A stretch of 60,602 nucleotides of DNA, filler included, from Hausera hauseri (taxonomy: Eukaryota), in NCBI GenBank assembly GCA_046269625.1. It is 10 parts of 10 records of this genome, joined end to end, with 100 filler letters (N's around TTAATTAATTAA, not from the genome) between each part and the next. Parts side by side here need not be neighbours in the genome. Positions count along the whole stretch, not along the records: positions 46,994 to 51,794 come from JBJURY010431363.1; positions 51,895 to 60,602 come from JBJURY010559895.1; 8 more parts are not named here. The stretch is one strand, 5' to 3'. The position numbers and the translations under genes were made by a program. Each line of letters starts with the position of its first letter. Within the stretch, counting starts at the first letter, position 1. Shown in pieces: positions 46,994-58,890 of the stretch. The notes under the pieces were generated by a model. The model was not told the origin of the DNA. It worked only from the letters and a program-made list of their open reading frames with translations, and searched no databases.

Positions 46994-49900
46994 AGCAAAG
47001 CCCAGCTAGTGAATATTGCCGATTACATAGCAAACCAAGATGATTTTTTGTTCAATATAACTTACAAAACAATTGAAGAAATATACTCTGAGACCATTCA
47101 GAACTTTTGCAGAGTGAATTTTGAAACTTTGAGGAACCGTTTGGCTATCTATGCATCTAGTCCAGAAATTACCACAATAACCCTTCCCTTTGGCGAAGGA
47201 ATTCAAGGCAGATTACTAAGAGAAGTATGAAATACATACAAATGTAAACGATTACACTTACCCCTGATTGCTGGTACTCACTGCTACTCTGAGATACCTT
47301 TTAAGTATAATGAAGAAATCCGATATGTTCAACCGATTACCAGAGTACTTCTGGCATCACATACAATACCCAACGAAATCCAAAATTGTTCAGCACTGAA
47401 TAAACCATTTATCAAGTACCATAATCAGGATTTCTGGGTTAGATTACCCGACCGTGAAAGAGTTAAAGAAAGGCCGAAGAAGTTGACAATGGCGAATTTG
47501 AAACATGAAATTGAGACCAATATGTTCACTGACGTATCCAAATCCGCATTATACACTAAGAAAGAAATTGACTCATTTGTGAAATTTCTGGCCTATGCCC
47601 AATAAAGAGAGCAAATAATAAATCGCGGAATACACCCAGTAATCGACGACACTGTCGGAGAAAGAAAATGGGACACCTGATGCCTATGCTAAAATCGTTT
47701 CCAACTTATGGTATAAAATGTGGGGCGGATTCCTAAGATTCGGCCAAGTAGCCTCTGGGTTTCTGGCCATATAGGTCATTATACAGACTTTAAAAATCTG
47801 TATCAATTATGTATTAAACGCCTACAAAATCTATAACTTTACAGGACTATCTCTAAGCATAGTAGGTACTCTATTTTCCCCACTTGGTGAATTCATTAAA
47901 GCTTACCATGAGAAACAATGGCGAGGTAAACTAGAAAAACATGTCGATTATAAATCGAATAAGCAACTTCCAAGGGACATCCCGTCAAGTTTCGATGACA
48001 ACAATGCTCCTGGATATTATCCTACCACAAGGATTATAAAGGATACGAAAGGGAAACTAAGGTTTTTGAAATGAAAGGATAAAAATAGACCTAAATCACT
48101 TGCTGCGCCATATGAGAATAGAACAATGCTTATTTCTAGATTATAAATATTAACAGACTTGAGTGATCCGTATAGAAAAATGGAGCAGTATATAAAACTA
48201 CGTAATTTACCAAAATACTCTCAGGAAGAAATACGTCAATCCATTATTAAATGAAACATGGAAAACAACCGTGTAACATTACCAACATCACCTAAGTTAG
48301 GTATACTGCCAACTATACCTTATCACAAAACAACCCCATTAATGAAAGATCAAGTAGATAGAGAACCCTATTTAACGACCTCAGAATCCGTTGGTAAGCA
48401 AAACACAGACCTGGCTGAACTCAGAGGCAGCGAAAGGAATGGAAAACAATACTCAATCCTTGGAAAGCTTAGCGGTTATATTATCAAGCGGCACTACCCG
48501 AAATTGTTCAGCTAGTTACAGCTTGATAGAACCACATATAGATAATCATAACGATGTATTAACATTTCTCGAGCTGTTAAGGGATAATCGACCTCACACC
48601 ACAGTTTACTTTGATAGTTTTGACCTGAATGCTATGGTTGACACTGGAGCTAACGTTCCATTAATAGCAAAACATGCAATTCCAGAAGAATTACAATCTC
48701 AAATAAAATTGGCTACTAAAGACTCACCTGGTACTACTTCGGCTTTTCAGCAATGCAGTAAACCTTATGGATACTGGAAAAGTGTACCATGGATTTGCGG
48801 ACATAGTCAAGATAACTTTTGATGTAATGCTTACCTTGGATTTACGATGCATTTTGGGTATGAATGTGTTGCGAAAATTGGAAGGAGTACACATAAACTT
48901 ACAATCAGGATCAATTTGTTCAAATAATGAAGATAAACCCCCTAGCTGCAATAAAACAGACATTTGGATAGGACACGTTGAGAAAATATCAACCAATTCT
49001 CGAATGGTTATACATGCTAGAATAATTTTTCCAGACAACAGTGTCATTGAGTTTGCGCCGAAAACTCTTCGAAATGGGCTTATATTACCACACTATTGCG
49101 TTAATGTAATTGGAAGGACTATTACAGTAGATGTTTTAAACCCAACCCCAAACTATGTCACGTTGTTCACTAAAACAAAAATTGGATAGACCCTTGAGAC
49201 AACTCGTCGTGAGAATTACGATAAGAGAGTCGCGACTGTCTCTACCACAGAACAAGAAAATGCCGAAGATATATTAAACGTCGTTCTCGCAAAAGCGAAG
49301 AAAAATCTATCATATGAATATCTAGAAAGCTTCTCAGATCTTATTTTTGAGTATCTTGACATTTTTGCAAAGAATGAAACAGGTATTGGACGAACTGATT
49401 TAGTCAAATTCAAATTATCATTTATGATTGACCCGCTAACAGGAAAAGAAATAGATTTATTACGACAACCTATACCAAAATGGTACCCTCCTCCAAAAGT
49501 ACTCCAAAAGGAAGTTGAGAAACAAATTCAAACTATGCTCGATAAAGGTATTATAGAACCAAGTCAATCTCCATGGCCCTCTCCCATAGTTATGGCCAAG
49601 AAGGCTAATACAACTAAACAACGTTTGTGTGTAAATTACGTTACCTTAAATAAGCACCTGATGAATCATACTTATCCGATTCCTCGAATTCGAGATATAT
49701 AGACGAACTTAAGGATTGCAAATATTTTACCACTTTAGATTTACAAAATGGACTTTGGCAAATTCCTGTGGCTGAAGACGACCGATGGAAAACTGCATTC
49801 AAGACACACAACGGAGTCTATCAATTCACTCGTATGCCATTCGGCTTAAAAACATCACCCACATTCTTTCAAGAATTTATTCGCCTAGTACTAAAAGAAG

Positions 49901-51794
49901 TACGAGGTTTATCATACATTGACGACGTTTTCATCGCGTCCAAGACATGGTCTGCGCACTTAGCTGAATTAAAAGAAGTATTCGATCGAATTAGACTTGC
50001 GAAATTAAAGCTAAACCCGAAAAATGTAAACGGTGCAAGAAAGAAGTTAGATATCTTGGATTTGTTGTTTCCAACCAAGGAATTTCGACTAGGCCTGATT
50101 TAATATCCAAAATATTGGAATACCCCCCATCAACCAATGTCCACGAAATGAAAGCTTGGTTAAGTTTGGGAGGACTTTATGCTACATTTATACCTGACTT
50201 TGCGGAAATTAATCAGCCTCAATATAAACTCTTAAGAAGGGATCGCAAATGGGAATGGACAGAAGAGAATCAAAATGCATTTGACGAGATCAAGAAACGA
50301 ATGGTATCAGCACCTATATTGAGATACCCAGATTTTTCGTTACCATTAATTCTGATAACCGATGCTAGCATAAAAGCTATTAGTTATATTAGCCCAGCAA
50401 AATCCAGAAGAAACAACTGAGCACGTAATTGCCTACGGAGGATGTAATTTAAATAATGCAGAACGAAAATACTCAACCACTGAATTAGAATTACTAGCTA
50501 TTCGCGATGGATTGCTACATTACGAGTATTACGTTTACGGTCATAAAATCATAATATTTACTGATCATAAGGCACTCTTATCTTTACGCTCAGACAATAG
50601 ACATATCAAGTCGACTCCAAAGATGGAAGTTGGAACTTTTGAATTATGATCTTGAATATCCATATCGTCCTGGCAAAGAAAACATAGACGCCGACGCGCT
50701 TTCGAGAATGCCACACTATAAGATAGTAGCCGCAGTTTATAAACCATTAGATAATGAGAATGACAAACAACTGAATGAGAACAACGCAAAATCCAAGTAC
50801 GAAATATCGAGACCTTACAAAACCAGGATCACTTTCTTGTTCAAATCAGACAATTAATCAATGGGCAATTAGTTGACTCGGCATCAAACCACATTCAAAA
50901 ATTTTATGAAAAGAACAAAAAAAATCTTGAAATTGAAAATTGCATTTTACGACTAAGAGTCGGAGAAAGAAAATTGATCCTTGTATCCACACCGTCCATC
51001 AAGGCTGTCATGCTATAAGAACATGATTCGCATTTAGCTGGACATCCGTCCTTGAATAAAACTTTGAAGCGAATAACTGCAAAATACTATTGGCCTCAAA
51101 TGAATAAGCATATTGAAACATGGGTACGTTCGTGTAAAATATGCGCAACTCGAAAAGATAAAGGATCTCGTGTAAAACCATTTTTAGGAAGCTTGCCAGA
51201 AGCACGGAGACCAATGGAAGTGTGTTCAATAGATATCTCCGGACCCTTCCCAGCTTCAGACTTAGGATACAAATACATTCTGTCCCTGGTTGACTATTAT
51301 TCTCGCTATGTTATACTAGTGCCATTAAAGAATATGACGAGTAGCACAGTTGCTGAAGCCTTTTTCTACGAAATTATTGCTGTACTGGGCACCCCGAAAC
51401 AGTTGTTAACTTACCGTGCACCATATTTCATTAGCGAATTCTTTGAAAAATTGTCAAAAATACTTCAATGCAAACATTTGTTAACCACATCATACCATCC
51501 ACAGTGCAATGGTATGGTTGAGATAATAAATCGTACTATTTAAGGTATTCTTTCTACAAAGGTAGCAAATGATCAAAATGATTGGCACAACCATCTGAAA
51601 ACCACAGCCTTTGCAATTAATACTACGCCTACCAAAGGAACCAATCATTCACCTTTTGAGTTAATATTTGGCCGATTGCCGCTATTACCATTAGATACGG
51701 AATTACTACCATCATCCTTGTTAACTAGTGATCACATGGATGATCAATATCAGATTTTGTTAAAACGACTCGAATACTTTCAACATGAAGCAAA
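46994..51794 (+). mobile_element. Ty3/Gypsy element of a related lineage: glycoprotein C-half - tail - PR - RT - RH - IN
   Basis: NFCRVNFETLRNRLA...GEGIQGRLL; CYSEIPFKY...YVQPITRVLL; MWGGFLRFGQVASGFLA; VDTGA at 48640; YIDD; ITDAS; HLAGH...CKIC; SYHPQCNGMVE. Confidence 0.95.
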
Positions 51795-52048
51795 NNNNNN
51801 NNNNNNNNNNNNNNNNNNNNNNNNNNNNNNNNNNNNNNTTAATTAATTAANNNNNNNNNNNNNNNNNNNNNNNNNNNNNNNNNNNNNNNNNNNNAACATG
51901 CTCATTTTTAACCATACAGTTGGATAAGCCTGAACGGACCCACCAGCCCCATCAAGATACATTCCCGTTGTCCCAGAGGTTCCCTCACAACTCTGCAGTC
52001 AAGTCCTTTTTGGATATATATTTTCAATTTTAGGCAAATATCTAAGAG

Positions 52049-52483
52049 TAGAATTGCCAGTTTTTATCAGATTTAGGAGGGCTGTATTACTAGTTACTGT
52101 TGTATTACTGGTTACGGTCGGGCTTAGGACAACGGATTTCATCTTTTCCTCCAATCATTAATGTAATTTAGAATTTGTGCTGTCTCTTCAAGTTGTGGAA
52201 CATGGGCCGGTAAGCTTCTCAATTTCTCTATTAGTAATCGAATTTCAGAAAGTGTCAATTTATCAGCATGTTCTTCGTGCTTCTTTGTAACAGCACTAAA
52301 TGTAATAACGGTGACAATTTTGCATTTGGACTCTGATTTTATTGGTTCTGTTATTTCGTGGTTTTCAAATTTAACAGTTTGTTGATGTAGAAGCATCTTG
52401 AGTTCCTCCAAATTCGGTTTTTCCTCAATACTCACAGCCTTCACATCCTCCGCCTGCAGAATATCGAGATTTTCAATAAATAA
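52049..52483 (-). pseudogene. KDM5: KDM5 PLU-1-region fragment, duplicate of 59887-60322
   Basis: KPNLEELKMLL...KLTLSEIRLLIEKLRSLPAHVPQL...WRK. Close nucleotide copy of the second module. Confidence 0.7.
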
Positions 52484-53249
52484 ATGGATATAATGAGTAT
52501 GTAATATTTCCAGGAGAAAAGATACACTCCTCAGACCATAATGATTACCCCTTTCATAGCTGTTTTCTATTCCGGAAATAATCAATTTGCATGTGTAGAC
52601 TAAGGCATTGAATTCATCTTCCGAGCTTTGACTTTTCTCCGGATTGATTTTTGACAAAACGAGACTACAATATTCTTCATTTTCAAAAAGACTTCAAAAG
52701 AAATTTATGAATAAAATTCGGTGTTAAGTTTCAATAAAAACATCGTACTGCGTTTGTTCTGATGCAGAATTATCTTCTTTTCTTGGCGGCGGAATCTGAA
52801 ACTATACAATGCCCAACATCGTCTTCTAAGTTTGTTTTCAGTTTATCTACAATATTTGCATTTGGGATTTGTAAATATGTTGTAGGATGGTAAACCAATT
52901 GGGGATCAACTCCATAATTTACACACTTCTAATCTTAAGTTAGACTTCTTCGTTGATGATGAGCAGGATAACAGCATTGTTTCAAATGCCACTTCTGACA
53001 CCAGTGTAGATTTTCGTGTATCATAAGAATCAGATCTATTAATTAAATCCAACAATGTTTATTTTCTTAAGTACAAAGATTTTCAGTCACAAAAAAATTA
53101 ATCACTCAATACTTACATATACACATGCAGATGCATAGATAATGTCATGATATTGTAACTAATGACTTTGACCATTCATGCACTGATAATTGTCGTTTCA
53201 TTCCAAAATCGTCATTAGCATCATCATCTGCCAAAACGACTTTCTGTAT

Positions 53250-53521
53250 AGCTCTGACGTCTTTTAGAAAATCATCATCCATTTCATTGTAAAGGGGTAC
53301 TTCCATTGACTCGATATTAATACACCTTTCCTGCCGTCCTTTCTGGTATCTGTAAACCTGGAATCTCCAGCTTTCACACTAAAGATTATTCCCGCTTTAC
53401 TCACCAAAAAGTCCGTCAATGCTGATTTTCCGTTATCTACATGGGCTATGACACGCATGTTCCTTATATTCAATTTCTTTTCCATAAGAGACCTTATTTG
53501 GTCTATGGTAAAATCGACTAT
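53250..53521 (-). pseudogene. EEF2: Elongation factor 2 N-terminal fragment
   Basis: [44 protein letters not shown]...RFTDTRKD, frameshift, [10 protein letters not shown]-loop degenerate (HGKST to NGKSA). Confidence 0.9.
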
Positions 53522-53622
53522 CTTCACATGCAAATAACATCAACAAAGTATAGTCACATTGTGGGAAAGGTCCTCCCATTGACACGCAAATCCTCCAGTG
53601 CGATCCCACTCTAAGCATTACA

Positions 53623-56600
53623 TCACCCCCCCCCCCGCCGTGGCAGAAAATACACGATATGAAGGCGAAGGAAAACGGTGAAGATATAATGGATGAAAAC
53701 GATTAGTCGCAAAAGAAACAATATTCGGTGTCTATTCAGTTATAGTACGGGTGAGGCGTTGTGCGCCATCAAAGAACTTTTCTCGGCTGTACGTATTGAA
53801 TGTCACTCTGTGTACCTTTCTCGATGGATTTATGCTGGGCTGTTAAGAGATATTTTGCGATGGAGATGATAGTGAAGATGAGTCAAGCAAGAAAGGAGGT
53901 GAAGAAGGTAATGAGCATGATGGCTGAGAGTGACGTGAGACGGATGGAGGAAATAATGATGATTGATTGTAATCGAACAGTGATTACTGCAACGGCGCAA
54001 AATAGTTTAGAAAATTGGTAGGAGTGCGAGCTGAGTTTGCGTTGGAGGTGGAATTGGCGTCAGGAATGTCATCAATGAAGAAAGCCGGCTTCAAGTTAGA
54101 AATATGGATGTTCTAAAGCTTATCTTGCCATAAGATGGATGCTGTATTTAATGAAAAATTCAGCATTTTGTATGGACCAACATATTAAGGTTTAAAACCA
54201 GAAGGTGATTGATTCTTCAGCCACACAAACTTAGCGGAGTACAAATCCTTCGGAAGATAGGATTTGTTGTTGGTAAAAAGGCGACAGAATAAATCTGAGC
54301 TGACCTCGAAGAAATGAGATTGCGTTGCACGAATGTTCTCATCTGTGGGGTTGTCGTCGAGATCAGAAAGTCCAAACAGTGCCCAAATTTGAGTCCCAAA
54401 GAGTGCTTTGGCTGGAGCACAACCGGTAGTGGTCGAAAGTGTGTTGCACCACCCTAGTGGAACAAATGGTAGAATGGACGTTCAATTACGATAAGTGTCA
54501 GCCAAGAATTTTAGAGAAATTTTTATTGTACGATGGAACCTTTCAAGAAGTCCATTTGCCTGAGGATGATATGACGTAGTATGAAAATGGAATATTCCCA
54601 AGCGTTTGACATGTGATTTGAAAAATTCCGGCTCAAATTGTGGACCTTGATTCGTTATTATGTAACGTGGGGAACCGAAACGACTGATCCAGATTTTTAT
54701 AAATGCGTCGGCAACTGGATCAGTGTTCGTTGAACGAAGAGGAACTGCTTCAGGCCAGCAAGAAGCACGATCCATCATGGTAAATATATGTTGATATCCG
54801 TTGTCTGAAGGTAAAGAACCAACTAAATTAAGATGAACTGTATGGAAACGTGATGCACAGGGAAAATGGTACAGCGGCGGCTTGAGATGTTTCATGATTT
54901 TGTATTTTTGACAGGCTACGCATTCTTTAACCCAGCCCTGTACATATATACGCCTTGATGGCCGTACTACATGACGTTGATGCAGGAGAAAGGTTGCTTT
55001 CGAACCCGGATGATGAAGTGAGTACGTATGAAAGAAAGCTGGCTTTTGTAAAGATGGAGTTAGAATTATCTTTCTATTAACGGAATTCGACGTACCAAAA
55101 GCAATGCTATCAATGATTTCGAAGGATTTAAAAGAACTAAGGAAGTCAGCAGATGGTTGATTGGCCTTTAAAACTTCGGTTAAAAAAATTGGCCCAACAG
55201 TGATGGAGCCTACCGACCTCGATAGAAAGTCTTCCACCAAATTGTCTGTGCTTAAAATATATTCCAACATAAAGCTAAAAGTAGACAGATATGATATATG
55301 TTTCTCTTGCCTCCATGATGGCTGTTTAACGACATGATGTGCAGTAAAGGCTTGTGATCAGTATGAATGACAAATGGACTAGAGAAAAGTAAATGTTTGA
55401 AATGTTTTACTGCCAGAACTATGGCGAGTAACTCACGGTCAAATGTTGAATAACGGCTTTCGGGTTGTGTGAGCTTTCGGTAATAGAATTCTAGTGGTTC
55501 ATCGATGCCATGGTATATTTGATGTAATATCACACCGGTTGCTGTGGTCGAGGCATCGGTGGTAATTATAAGATTTGAGTTGGGCTTTGGATAGGCCATT
55601 AATTGTACGAATTTTAGGCCATTGTGTATGCGGTCAAACTTAACGACTAAATCAGTAGTCCAGTGAATCAACGGCCTCTTTTTTACCGGATCATAAATGT
55701 GCAAAAGGTGCCGTAAGCTCAGAGCAACGAGGTGCGTATTTGTGGATGAAGTGAAGTGTGCCTAAGAAACTTCTTATGTCCGTGGTAGTAGTTGGTAGAG
55801 TTATGTTTTTCAATTGTTGTAGTCGATCCGGTTGTGAAGAGTGGCCGTGAGGAGTGATGAAGTGACTTAGGAAATTAACAAGTTTTTAAAAGAAATGACA
55901 CTCGGAGAAGTTAACTTGCAAATTGTTGTGATGTAATCTGTGAAAGATAATACGAAGGTGTTCTTAATGTTGTTTGAGGGACATAGAGGCAACTAATGTA
56001 TCATCCATATATGGATGAGCGAGTCAAGGCCTGAGAGTACGGTATCAATATGCCGTTGGAAAGTTTGAGAAACACTACGTAAACCAAATGGCATAAAGAT
56101 GTATTCGTAGAGGCCAAATGAAGTAATAATAGCAGTTTTTAAAATGTCATCAGAGGCGACAGGAATTTGATGGTTGACTTTGTGCAGATCAGTGGTAGAA
56201 TATGTGTCGTTGAGGCTATAAAGAATATCTTTAATAAGTGGTAATGGATAGGCGTCGGTAATGATCAGGTTGCTTAATTGACAATAGTCGCCACATGGCC
56301 TATATGTACCATCTTTCTTTACCACTACATGAAGAGGAGAAGCCCACGGTGAATTCGATCCCCGAATGATGCCAGACCTTTCCAGTTCATTATATTCCTG
56401 TTCCACAGCTTTACGTCTGCATGGCGACAAGGATTTGACCTTTTGTTTGATCGACCTCTGATGCTCTGTTAATATGTGATGATTAGTTGTGGATGGAGGC
56501 TTGAAGTTGATGTTTCTTTTAACAATGCGAAAGCAAGACGTTGTGACGTATGATTTAATATCGAAGTCTAAAGGCAAAAATAAATGAGGCATGTCATTAG

Positions 56601-58612
56601 AGAGAACATCTCCAGTGATTGACAAAAAGCAAATGGTATCGCTACTGTCGACGCCTAATTTGGATTCTTGTTTTACAATGTATTTATGATTGTCGTTCAT
56701 AATTGAAGTGTTTCCGACTTTATCCGGAATTTTTTATAGATAACAAAGCGTTCAACAGGTTTATGGATGAGTGCAGTGGATTGCTCGCTAAGTTGTCTAC
56801 GAGACACATGTTTGGAATCGCAATTGAGTTCCTGCTTAAAAGACAGCTGTATTTGCAATCGACAAAAAGATCATGTGCAGCGAGAAAATCTGAGCCTATT
56901 ATGGGAGATTTAATGTTAGCCACGTGGAACGTCCAGACAAACTTATCTGGCAAGTTGGCAAATGTAAAAGTCAATTTTGTAGTTCCTGCAACATGCAACG
57001 GTTGACCACTTGCAGTGAAAAGCTGTGGACAGGAAATCATAGTCGATGTAGGAACGAAGGACAACAGAAGGAGTAAAAATGCAGCTCCTGAATCTATGAG
57101 AAAGTCGATATGTGAAGTACCATTGCATAACAGAGCGGATTTCAATAGAAAGACTGCAGAGGTGGTGCTGAAACGGCCAGAAGATTGAGCGATATTGCCT
57201 ACGCCAGAATGTGCCGTAACATCTGCTGCGTTATTAGTTTTTGAGATTTTTTGGTAGAAAGAGAAGGAATCGTGAGTATGAGGAGGAGAAGAAGATGGAG
57301 AAAAACTAGAATTTTTTTATAATGTTTACATCCTGGCACTCATGACCTAGCCTTGGATTGATACTTTGTGATAAATGCAGATAGGGTTGTCTACTGCATG
57401 ACGTTCGTCGTAAAATCGACAGCCTGAAACACATTTCCTTGTGTCTCTGCGGAATTTATTGTGATAAAAACACGTCATTCTACCGTCTCTAGATTTGGTC
57501 CGAGAAGAATGCCTGGAAAAACTACGATTGCGCGAAATACGGCTTTTGCTTCCTCGGGGCACGGATAAATCACTGAATATGGCTGTGATCGCGGAAATTG
57601 CTTGTTGTAGTGTGTTGAATTGCTTCGGCATCATATGCAGTTGTTGTGCAAATAAAGTGTTGTCTGTGTGTAGGTGTTTGAGCGGTTGCTGCATCTACTG
57701 GCTGTAAATTATTGGACTGCAAAATATGAAAATTTTTGTCTGCGAACAAGGCGAGTTTTTCAAGGGCAGTGCAGTCGTCTACTACAGTAAGCAGCTCTTG
57801 GACGGAAGTTGGCAAAGACGAAAGAAAATACCGACGAAGAAGATCGACAATGTTTATGGGAGTGACATTCAAGGAGCTCAATTGCGACATTGCAGTTTTA
57901 AGGAAATCCTATGGTTTTGATTTCCCATGGCGTGTTCATTAAGGCATTTCTGAATTATGCTGTCGATGGAAGGGTCGGTGATATGCAGAACTGATTCATA
58001 CAACATATCATATGGACTTGAAGAATTAAGTAATAGCAGCAATCTGTTTGCCCGCAAAAAGGAGTCTGTAACATGATTGACTTTAAGCCACTGCAAGTGG
58101 AACTGCAACCAGATACTACTGGAATTTATCCTGTCTAGAAAAAAATACGTGCAGGGGAGATTTGGAGATGTTGTTGGTGTGGTGTCGACAGGACGACGAC
58201 CAGATCTGGTCTTTATGGAGTTTTCCACATAAGAAGAATCGGGGTACGATCCACCCCGTAAGCGAAAATGGAGCATGATATAGGTGCATGGACGTTCGTG
58301 GCGTACGAAAGACAGGAGGAAGTCCGAAGGATGTACTATAAGTCCTTTATATGTGAAATAAAAATCATAAGTACTACGTGATGAGGACAAAGCGTCGTAT
58401 AAGACCTGTACTGTCTCGTTGAGTGGCGCTTGTAAGATTGTGATGTGTTGATTGTAACTAAAGACCAGAAAAGAAGATTGTAATGAGCTCATCCCAAAGG
58501 AACGATGAAATGCACGGGTGGTCTGGGCGGTTACCTTTTGGATTAAGAAGCGGTTCGAGATTACAGCTGGGATAGCGGTGGAAAATAATAATTGGGATAA
58601 AGAAATATACAA
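53623..58612 (-). mobile_element. Decayed Ty3/Gypsy element: Ubl-Gag, PR, RT, RH, IN, PPT; LTR pair not identified
   Basis: Gag FLSSLP..VQ..L...LA.FADK and CFYHNKF....KC..GC; FLIDSGA; SPWASPLHVV.K, YRPCGDY, YMDD; TTDAS, YSTFDRELLA; TTSYHPQANGLLERFHR; G11 PPT at 53626-53636 followed by TGTAA. Confidence 0.92.
58250..58492 (-). CDS. 81-aa ubiquitin-like domain ending in RLRGG, fused in frame to the Gag N-terminus
   Basis: From ATG 58492: FLVFSYNQHITILQAPLNETVQVLYDAL / FYFTYKGLIV / YIMLHFRLRGG match the ubiquitin pattern. Continues SYPDSS... into Gag without a stop. Confidence 0.8.
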
Positions 58613-58890
58613 AGATGTTAAGTTAAAAACCCTTTAAAATAAAAAATGGTTTGAGCCAGGAAGGGTCTGCACATGCGCAGAGAGTGGTGACACCTCTGGG
58701 CGCGAATCAATGAAAGAAATACCACCCACCTGTGTTTAGATACTTCTGATGGTTGAATGTTCGCCAGTCGATGGGTCAGGTTGCTGTTGACTCGTGGTAC
58801 GTCCATAGAATCATTGTAGTGGTCTGGTCCAGAAGGTTCGAAGTCCAACACATGACACTGAGCAGCGATTGGACAAACAGATACACATGT

